Virus record (IMG/VR): IMGVR_UViG_3300024520_000072
Coordinates: 1-61,647 of that record
Direction: 5' to 3' (one strand)
DNA length: 61,647 nucleotides
Origin: a virus
Taxonomy: Duplodnaviria; Caudoviricetes
Shown: piece after piece, positions 55,013 to 61,647 of the stretch
How the letters are laid out: every line of letters begins with the position of its first letter
Position numbering within the stretch: position 1 is the stretch's first letter
Translations under genes and position numbers: made by a program
Notes under the pieces: generated by a model
Database searches by the model: none
What the model was told of the DNA's origin: nothing
What the model saw: the letters and a program-made list of their open reading frames with translations, nothing else

Positions 55013-55515
55013 GACGTTCCGTCCTCGTTCAGGCTCTCGATCCAGGCGTTCGTCTCCTCGATCCACTCGTGGGCCTCGGGGGTGGAGGCCGCGATGTTCT
55101 GGGCCATGAGGAGGAGCGCTCGGGCGATCCTGGGCTGGCCGGCGGAGTGCCAGAGCTTCACGGCCTCGAAGACGAGGTGGAGGGCGGCGATCTCGGCGGG
55201 CTTCATGATATGGGCGACGATCCGGAGGCCCGGGGAGTCGATCCTCGCGGCGGCCGGTCCGTTGATCACCCCGTGGATGGCCTTGACGTCGATCCCGGTG
55301 TCCCCTGCATCGGGGTCGGCCGAGAAAATCAGGTGGTCCTCGTGGACCCAGGTAGCGAAGACCTGGCCCGTGTCCTCGACCACGATCCAGCGCTCGAAGG
55401 GGCCGTCCAGGACGTGGCCGTCCTCGTCGCGCATATCTGAAGCGCCGGTCCTCCCCCAGCGGAGAACGCCGTGGACGTCCAGGTAGTGGATCAGGACTCG
55501 GTCTCGGCTCTTCAT
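55009..55515 (-). CDS. Hypothetical protein
   Basis: ATGA-coupled. Confidence 0.65.
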   Translation of the reverse strand: MKSRDRVLIHYLDVHGVLRWGRTGASDMRDEDGHVLDGPFERWIVVEDTGQVFATWVHEDHLIFSADPDAGDTGIDVKAIHGVINGPAAARIDSPGLRIVAHIMKPAEIAALHLVFEAVKLWHSAGQPRIARALLLMAQNIAASTPEAHEWIEETNAWIESLNEDGTS

Positions 55516-55823
55516 CGTGCCCTCTCCTTCTCGATCTCCAGGCGCTCGTAATCCGAGGCCTCGTAGTGGTGATCCAGGGGGGCGATGAAGACGATCCCCG
55601 GCTCCGCCAGGGCCACCTCCAGCTCCACAGCGTTCTCGGTGTCGCCGAAGTTCCAGAGGCGCCGAGGCGTCTCCCCGACCAGTCGAGCGGCGGCGGCCCC
55701 GCTGGTGGCGGCGGCGATCATGCGGACCTGGGAGTGGTGGGGGGCGTGTCTCGTGGCGATCCTTCTGGACTGAGGCGAGCCGGCGGACTCGATCCAGCCG
55801 TAGACCTTCAGCGTCTTTTTCAT
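55512..55823 (-). CDS. Hypothetical protein
   Basis: ATGA-coupled; LKVYGW, ALAEPG.VF. Confidence 0.7.
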   Translation of the reverse strand: MKKTLKVYGWIESAGSPQSRRIATRHAPHHSQVRMIAAATSGAAAARLVGETPRRLWNFGDTENAVELEVALAEPGIVFIAPLDHHYEASDYERLEIEKERAR

Positions 55824-56062
55824 CGCGTCGGTTCCATCCCAGCGACAGCCCTCAGAGCGTGCCCGACCAGATTGCTCCCGAGGGTGGACCGGATCGCGTC
55901 GGCGATGTGGTCGATCTCTGCATCGTTCGACACGGGGATTTCCGTCGCGATCGAGCGGAGCGCTTCTGCGATTCCGAGCTGGCTGGTGGAGTGCTCGCGG
56001 ATCGCGTCCGCGATGTCGCTCAGGCCCTCGTGGATCTTGCGTGCAGCGTCTATCTCGTTCAT
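55820..56062 (-). CDS. Hypothetical protein with IA(D/E)A(I/L)R repeats
   Basis: AGGAGACGCCGCC-ATG. Confidence 0.7.
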   Translation of the reverse strand: MNEIDAARKIHEGLSDIADAIREHSTSQLGIAEALRSIATEIPVSNDAEIDHIADAIRSTLGSNLVGHALRAVAGMEPTR

Positions 56063-56242
56063 GGCGGCGTCTCCTTTGCGGTGAGTGGCCTGGTCGGGTC
56101 CGGAGGTGTCACTCGTCCCTCAATCTCTCTCGACGTCGCGAGAGGAGGGGATCGGTATATCCAAGAAGACCCGATCCCCATCCCGACGCAGTATCAGACG
56201 TCGGAACTCTCGGCGCCGAGACAATCCCGACGCTCCGATCCT

Positions 56243-57220
56243 CTACACCTCGACGCCGAAGAGATCAGACTGGCCAGGATCTCGCTCGACTCTCTGCTCC
56301 ATGGCCGCCGTCACATTGCGAATCGCCTGATCGTAGTAGGTCTTCTTCAGCTCGATCCCCACTCCGCGGCGGTTCTGATCCACAGCCCCGTAGACCTCGG
56401 AGCCTACGCCCATGAACGGAGTGAGGACCGTCTCCCCGGGATTGCTCCACAGAATCACGCATCGCTCGATCACGTCGAGCTGGAGCGGGTGAATGTGCCG
56501 CTCGTCGTCCTCTTCTCTCGATTGCTTGAATGGAAGGACGCGCGCGACGCGGACATCATCCCAGAATGCCGAGGCGTACTGCCTCCAGATCCAGTGCGAG
56601 TAGCGGTTCTCGGTCTGATTGCCTTTCCATCCCCGGTATCGGATCAGATCGGTAGGGATGAGGCGCTCTCCAGCATACTCCGTCAGTCCGTTCGGGTGAG
56701 CGATCGGGACCGGGTTGTCTCCTGGCTTGCGGAACACGAGAAGGAAGTCCGCACTCGCCACGCTGCATCTCGACGAGTCGACGACGATGGTCTTGTGGGC
56801 GAGGTTCTTCGCCATCGTGCGATTCCGGACCGCGAGAGGCTCTTTCCAGATGCAGTAGCGAGCCACGTACTTGAAGCCCGCATCGATATGTGCCCGGATG
56901 ACATCCCCGGAGAAGTCGACGAGGTGATCCCTTCCTGTGTTCCCGGATCGGATGTCTGTCGTGTGGACGCACGTCACGCGGCCTGGCATCGTCAGCCGAT
57001 GCAGCTCGCTCAGCACGTAGCCATAATGCTCGAAGAATTCATCGTAGCCGCGACAGTTCGACAGATCGCGCTCGCTCGACGAGTAGCTATATAGCCCCGC
57101 GAAAGGCGGCGAGTAGACGGACAGGTGGACGCTGCCATCGGGCCAGGTCGGCATGACCTCGCAGCAGTCGCCATGGTAGAGCGCGTAGTCGTCTGTGATT
57201 TCTTGGCTCGCTACAGCCAT
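56243..57220 (-). CDS. DNA methyltransferase (N4/N6, beta class)
   Basis: LYHGDC, SPPF catalytic motif, H.HPLQ, VLTPFMGVGSE, GIELK. Confidence 0.9.
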   Translation of the reverse strand: MAVASQEITDDYALYHGDCCEVMPTWPDGSVHLSVYSPPFAGLYSYSSSERDLSNCRGYDEFFEHYGYVLSELHRLTMPGRVTCVHTTDIRSGNTGRDHLVDFSGDVIRAHIDAGFKYVARYCIWKEPLAVRNRTMAKNLAHKTIVVDSSRCSVASADFLLVFRKPGDNPVPIAHPNGLTEYAGERLIPTDLIRYRGWKGNQTENRYSHWIWRQYASAFWDDVRVARVLPFKQSREEDDERHIHPLQLDVIERCVILWSNPGETVLTPFMGVGSEVYGAVDQNRRGVGIELKKTYYDQAIRNVTAAMEQRVERDPGQSDLFGVEV

Positions 57221-58575
57221 GGGGGGGCCTCTGCTTTCGATGTGAAGGGGTTGGGCTGAACGAGCGCGTCTGCGTCATTCATGAAGCCGATCAGATTCGA
57301 CAGCATCTCGTCCGCTGCGGTTGCTTTGCGCTGGAGATTCGCCAGGACTCTCCGCTCTCCGTCCGAGCTTATGCAGTCGACGACGACCTCCTGGGTCTGC
57401 CCGAAACGCCAGCAGCGACGGACACCCTGATAATACTGCTCGAAGGAGTGAGAAGGGAAGAAAGTCATGTGATGGCAGTGCTGCCAGTTCATCCCCCAGG
57501 CCCCGATGACCGGCTTCGTCACCAGGACTCGCGCCTCCCCGGATGAGAAGGCCAGGAACTTCTCCTCCTTCTCGTCGTCCGGGTCCTTCCCGCTCACCTG
57601 GATAGCGTCCGGGATGAGTCGCGTGATTCGATCGCCTTCCTCGTTCAGGTGACACCAGCAGATCGCCGCCTCGCCGGTATCCGTGACAAGCTCGGCCACC
57701 TTCTCGCACCGCTCCTTGATCGTGCGCCGCCGTTCTTCGCGTTGCTCTTGTAACCCGACCGCTGGCGTCGCAAACAGCATCCCCTCCTTGAGGGTTCGCG
57801 CTTCGATGACGTGCGCGCGCTGGACCAGCTCGGGAAGGATGAACTCGCCATCCTCGAACCCTGCATCGGAGGGTCGTCGCATCGCTCGCGCCCAAGAGCA
57901 GACCCATCGCCAGAAGGGAGTCTCGGCATGACCCTTGAATCTCCACTGAGCCCCGCCGGACCATAGGCGATTGGGGTTCGCGCTGTTCTGGTCATTCTTG
58001 AAGAACCGCGACAGCATGTCCATGTAGCCCAGCTCGCCGATTGCCTCGCTGCTGGTCCCCAGCTCGACATAGTCATTCGGAGCGGCGGTCGCTGTGCAGA
58101 GAAGCCGGTAGGGTCGTGTCCTCATGAACTCGGTGATCGCCGCTCTCGTCACCCCGTCGAATGCCTTCAGGATCGAGGATTCATCGCACACCACGCCCTC
58201 GACGTCGTTGGGATCGAAGTGATGGAGCCTCTCGTAGTTCGCGATGTTGATCCCTGGCTTGATCGTGCCATCCAGTGAGCGATGAGCCTCAACTCCGAAC
58301 TTCTCCGCCTCTCTGATTGTCTGGGCTGCGACGGCGAGCGGAGTCAAGATGAGGACTGATCCGTTCGTGTGGCGCACGACATTCTCGGCCCATACGAGCT
58401 GGATTGGAGTCTTGCCGAGACCACAGTCAGCGAAGATCGCGGACCTCCCTTTCAGGGTCGCCCATTCGACTAGCATCTCCTGGAAGTCGAAGAGGAAGTC
58501 CGGCATCCAGGACGGCTCGAAACCTGAGTAGCGGGTGTCCTGAGATTTGCCGGCTAAGAATTCCCCGTACTCCAT
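57211..58575 (-). CDS. SNF2/SF2-like helicase
   Basis: DCGLGKT, DESS, TATAAPN, YQGVRRCWRFGQ. Confidence 0.9.
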   Translation of the reverse strand: MEYGEFLAGKSQDTRYSGFEPSWMPDFLFDFQEMLVEWATLKGRSAIFADCGLGKTPIQLVWAENVVRHTNGSVLILTPLAVAAQTIREAEKFGVEAHRSLDGTIKPGINIANYERLHHFDPNDVEGVVCDESSILKAFDGVTRAAITEFMRTRPYRLLCTATAAPNDYVELGTSSEAIGELGYMDMLSRFFKNDQNSANPNRLWSGGAQWRFKGHAETPFWRWVCSWARAMRRPSDAGFEDGEFILPELVQRAHVIEARTLKEGMLFATPAVGLQEQREERRRTIKERCEKVAELVTDTGEAAICWCHLNEEGDRITRLIPDAIQVSGKDPDDEKEEKFLAFSSGEARVLVTKPVIGAWGMNWQHCHHMTFFPSHSFEQYYQGVRRCWRFGQTQEVVVDCISSDGERRVLANLQRKATAADEMLSNLIGFMNDADALVQPNPFTSKAEAPPWL

Positions 58576-58637
58576 GGGTCGGCGGTCTCCTCTGGGTGTC
58601 GTGGTGGGTGGCCCGGGATCTGGCGGAGGTGTCAGAA

Positions 58638-58907
58638 TCAGATTTGCTTTCGGCGTAGCTTGGAGAAAAGAGCCCGCAGCCTCGGCCGCCAGACGTGGAC
58701 GTCCCGCTCGCAGGAGAGCCACACTGGGGGCTGGTTCTCCCCCTGGACGTGGAGCCACACTCGGCCGAAGAGGAGCGCTGAGAGCCTCTCACGGGGGCTC
58801 ATGGTCCAGAGCGAGACGAGCTGGAAGCCGTCGTTCTGGGTGTGGAGATCGGCGCCGCCCGAGAGGGTCCAGACCTGATTCGTCTCGGGGAAGGTGGAGG
58901 GCTTCAT
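58638..58907 (-). CDS. Hypothetical phage protein
   Basis: VS.W.....ER...L..GRVWL.V.G..QPPV pattern. Confidence 0.7.
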   Translation of the reverse strand: MKPSTFPETNQVWTLSGGADLHTQNDGFQLVSLWTMSPRERLSALLFGRVWLHVQGENQPPVWLSCERDVHVWRPRLRALFSKLRRKQI

Positions 58908-59275
58908 GTGGCCGACCCCAGCACGAGGGGCCGACAATCGCACCCGGACACCCAGGGCGCGTGGATCGCGCGGCATCTCGGGCACTCCCAGCCGAGACCA
59001 GCGGCCGGCAGGGGCTGGAAGTGGATCGCGCACGGGAAGCCATTCGTCCACTTCTGGCATTGCGGGCACCAGTAGCCGATGCCTTGGGGCTCGGGCGGAG
59101 CGGGAACCGTGGTGGACGGGATGACGACATTCGAGGCCGGGTAGGTCGTGGAGGGCTGGAGGGAGGCCAGGGATGTCAGGACAGAGTCGACCTCCTCCTG
59201 GGCCCGTTGGCCTGTCATGAGGAAGTCGGAGAACGGCATGAAGTCCGCCATCGCGCTCTGGTTCGGATCGGGCAT
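58904..59275 (-). CDS. Zn-ribbon protein
   Basis: WCPQC, GWECPRC..IHAPWV..C.C. Confidence 0.7.
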   Translation of the reverse strand: MPDPNQSAMADFMPFSDFLMTGQRAQEEVDSVLTSLASLQPSTTYPASNVVIPSTTVPAPPEPQGIGYWCPQCQKWTNGFPCAIHFQPLPAAGLGWECPRCRAIHAPWVSGCDCRPLVLGSAT

Positions 59276-59278
59276 GGG

Positions 59279-59785
59279 TCAGTCCTCCTCGCAGGAACAA
59301 GCGTCCCCGCAGATTTCCATTCCGAGATCGTGGTAGGGGCAGAGATACTCCTCCAGGGTCCCGCGACGGTAGGCCCGGCGGAGCGTCGTCAGGTGGCGCT
59401 TCTCCTCGATCTCCTCCCGGATCGCCTCGCCGCTCTTCACGGTCGGATAGCGTCCCTCGCGTCGCCGCCTCAGGACGGCCCGGCCGACCTTGGACTTCCT
59501 CCAGTTCGCCTCGCGTCGTTCGCGCTCGCGCTCGGAGATCTTCTCGGCGTAGGCGCGATTCCTGGAGCGGCTCTCCCAGTGTCCGGTGCGGGCCTTCCTG
59601 GGTGCTCGCCTCCAGGAGGCCCCGTCCCAGTAGGTGGAGGCCCCGGAGAGCCCTTTGCGGCGGTCTCGGATGCCAGATCGGAGCTGGGCGCGATACCGGG
59701 CCACGCGGTCCATCGAATTGCTCGCGAAGGTCTTCGCGAGACTCGCGATCCGCTTCTGGAGGCCGATCCGTTCCTTCAGTGTCAT
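59279..59785 (-). CDS. Arg-rich hypothetical protein
   Basis: ATGA-coupled; very basic with a Cys-rich tail. Confidence 0.55.
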   Translation of the reverse strand: MTLKERIGLQKRIASLAKTFASNSMDRVARYRAQLRSGIRDRRKGLSGASTYWDGASWRRAPRKARTGHWESRSRNRAYAEKISERERERREANWRKSKVGRAVLRRRREGRYPTVKSGEAIREEIEEKRHLTTLRRAYRRGTLEEYLCPYHDLGMEICGDACSCEED

Positions 59786-60156
59786 CCCTGGGGCTCCCCT
59801 TGTCTGGCCAGCTCTGCGCCGACGGCCACGGCCTCGACCTGGGCGTGGACCCAGGACTCCAGGGCGGCGACTCTCGTCTTCAAGCGACCGTTCTCGGCAT
59901 TGACCCTGCGACGATCGGCCATGATATGCGTCAGATCCTCGGCTGAGACCTTGGCGACTGTGACAGACACGAGCCCAGCGCGGACGCTCTCCAGGTAGAC
60001 TCCAGTCCCGGCGTGGACGCCGTCCCCGAGGTCGAAGCGGAGCTTCTTCGCGGCCTCCTCGCAGACACGATCGGACTCCTCGGCCCACCTCCTCGACAGG
60101 GGCACGTCCCCACTCTCGATCTCGAACGTGATGAGCTGGACGACCCGGGTCTTCAC
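59782..60156 (-). CDS. Hypothetical protein
   Basis: GTGA-coupled; coiled-coil C-terminus. Confidence 0.6.
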   Translation of the reverse strand: MKTRVVQLITFEIESGDVPLSRRWAEESDRVCEEAAKKLRFDLGDGVHAGTGVYLESVRAGLVSVTVAKVSAEDLTHIMADRRRVNAENGRLKTRVAALESWVHAQVEAVAVGAELARQGEPQG

Positions 60157-60602
60157 GATGCCGCCTTCTGGACGTTCTTCGCGACGAGACACGGCCCGGG
60201 GTGGTAGGCCCAGAGCCCGCAGACGCCTGCTGCATCGAGTGGGGAGGCCGGCCTGACCTCCCGACAGCAGACCAGTAGCTCGCGCTGCGCGGCCTTATGC
60301 GCGGCGGCGGCGAGTTGCTCCGCGTTGCATCGACTGTACCGCTGGGGGAGCGGCGGCGGGCCTGGATCCCTCACCGATCCCTCCAGCCAGCCGACACCAC
60401 AATCGAGTTCGTTGGCGAGCCTGAAGAGCCGATGTCGGCGCGGATAGACGTCGCCCTTCTCGTAGGCCAGGATGGACCTCGTCGCGGTGCCGACCGCCTT
60501 GGCCAGAGCCTTCTGGGTGAGATGGCGCGCTCTCCGGACGGCGGACAAGCGCTGGCCGAACGCTACTCGCCTCCCTGGCGCGACTGTTCTGGTGTCGGTC
60601 AT
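60153..60602 (-). CDS. XRE-family HTH regulator
   Basis: FGQRL..VR....LTQKALA..VG.....I..YEKG...P. Confidence 0.85.
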   Translation of the reverse strand: MTDTRTVAPGRRVAFGQRLSAVRRARHLTQKALAKAVGTATRSILAYEKGDVYPRRHRLFRLANELDCGVGWLEGSVRDPGPPPLPQRYSRCNAEQLAAAAHKAAQRELLVCCREVRPASPLDAAGVCGLWAYHPGPCLVAKNVQKAAS

Positions 60603-60859
60603 CCTGGTCTCCTGGTGAATTGCTCGGCGTCCGGGCACGTCTCGAAGTGGGAGACGTAGAGGACGGGCGCCGTCGTGTCTCGCGGGGTGGCCACGAGTTC
60701 AGGGTCTCCCACGAGCTGGGGCTGGAGCCTGTAGACGGTCCGGACTGGCTGGACCGGGATCGTCTTCCCGCTCTTGCGGTTCTTGGCGAAGAGGATCCGG
60801 GCCCGGCAGGACCGGCAGGCCTGCCACTCCAGGCCGCTCTCTTTATGGCGCTCGGTCAC
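60599..60859 (-). CDS. Zn-binding hypothetical protein
   Basis: CRSC..I.F....SGK..PV...SHF.TCP. Confidence 0.7.
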   Translation of the reverse strand: MTERHKESGLEWQACRSCRARILFAKNRKSGKTIPVQPVRTVYRLQPQLVGDPELVATPRDTTAPVLYVSHFETCPDAEQFTRRPG

Positions 60860-61020
60860 TTCGGGACCTCCTGGTGGATCGGGGTCTCCAGCTCCAGGTA
60901 GCAGGACGAGCGAGGGTCGGAGATGCTGGTGAGGATCAGGATCACGATCACGAAGGCGATCACGCCACCCGGGAACCCTCGGTCGAACCGGCCTCTCGTG
61001 TCTATGACGATCTCCCTCAT
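60856..61020 (-). CDS. Small membrane protein (54 aa, absent from the ORF track)
   Basis: VIAFVIVILIL TM; coupled on both sides. Confidence 0.55.
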   Translation of the reverse strand: MREIVIDTRGRFDRGFPGGVIAFVIVILILTSISDPRSSCYLELETPIHQEVPK

Positions 61021-61457
61021 CGCGGTCGGTAGCTCGGGAGTCTAGAAGATGGGGCGGCCAGGGCAGGGGGACGATCGGGGCGGAGGAGGGCCAGGCGCAT
61101 CGCTTCGCGCGCCCTCAGGTCCCGGAAGGCCTCGCTGTCGATCCCGTCATACCACGCCCGCCCGCCATGGGCGAAGGCATCCAGGGCCATCTCGTGGGAT
61201 ATCCGCTCCTGGATCTCCCGGATGTTCCTCATGACCTCCTCGGCTGGTAGAGGGGCCTCGTCGAACTCGGGGACCGTGAAGGTCGACGCCTGGATGGACC
61301 GGAACGAGATGTCCTGGGCCTCGCCGCGCTCGTGGTGGTCGCGTGGCCAGGCGAACTCCTGGGGGACCGGCGTGGTGGGCGAGAGAACGCATCGACAGTT
61401 CGAGAGGACAAGGTCCGCCAGATCGGCCAGGGAGAGCCCGCTGAAGTCGATCGCCAT
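61017..61457 (-). CDS. Hypothetical protein
   Basis: AGGAG RBS. Confidence 0.6.
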   Translation of the reverse strand: MAIDFSGLSLADLADLVLSNCRCVLSPTTPVPQEFAWPRDHHERGEAQDISFRSIQASTFTVPEFDEAPLPAEEVMRNIREIQERISHEMALDAFAHGGRAWYDGIDSEAFRDLRAREAMRLALLRPDRPPALAAPSSRLPSYRPR

Positions 61458-61521
61458 CGTTCTCTCCTGGTGGAGCTGGGTGTGGAGGCCGCCCGGACGT
61501 TCTGTCTCCTCGCCCGGTCCC

Positions 61522-61647
61522 TCCGGACAAGGCGGACGGCCTCCCCCAAGTTAGCTCCGACGATGGCGACGTCTCGCGGCGAGCGCCAGGGCGGGCAGAC
61601 AGACGGCGAGGCTCAGTAGCTCTCCGGGCTCGGGGAGTGGATGCACG
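61522..61647. repeat. Terminal direct repeat, right copy
   Basis: Identical to 8..133. Confidence 0.95.

Noticed and set aside
1-61647. Stop-codon reassignment
   Set aside because: Core genes are full length and tightly packed under the standard bacterial code

Overview
The window reads as a near-complete, circular-mapping, high-GC tailed phage genome of about 61.5 kb: 8..133 is repeated exactly at 61522..61647. It looks like a siphovirus (tail tube and tape measure, no sheath gene). The host is a diderm, based on overlapping spanins and two PEP-CTERM proteins; a Myxococcota/deltaproteobacterial host is plausible but only an inference. Modules: (1) a minus-strand accessory region of small ORFs (about 54.4 kb through the origin to 8.6 kb); (2) a replication operon (primase-helicase, RusA-like) divergent from a recombination operon (HNH, YqaJ, PyrE, RecT, SMC-like ATPase); (3) a lysis cassette; (4) tail and head genes; (5) TerL with a LAGLIDADG intein, TerS and a ParB-MTase; (6) an SNF2 helicase plus DNA MTase. 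No integrase, CRISPR array, tRNA or reverse transcriptase was seen. The most unusual signals are: two phage-encoded PEP-CTERM (exosortase-target) surface proteins; four sigma28/FliA-type promoters (TCA(A/G)G-N14-GCCGA) with a shared upstream box driving accessory genes; a perfect 21-bp inverted repeat giving both divergent operons an identical translation start region; pyrE inserted between YqaJ and RecT; a putative carbohydrate-binding appendage encoded in the head module; and three tandem paralog pairs. All calls come from motif recognition by eye, not from database searches.
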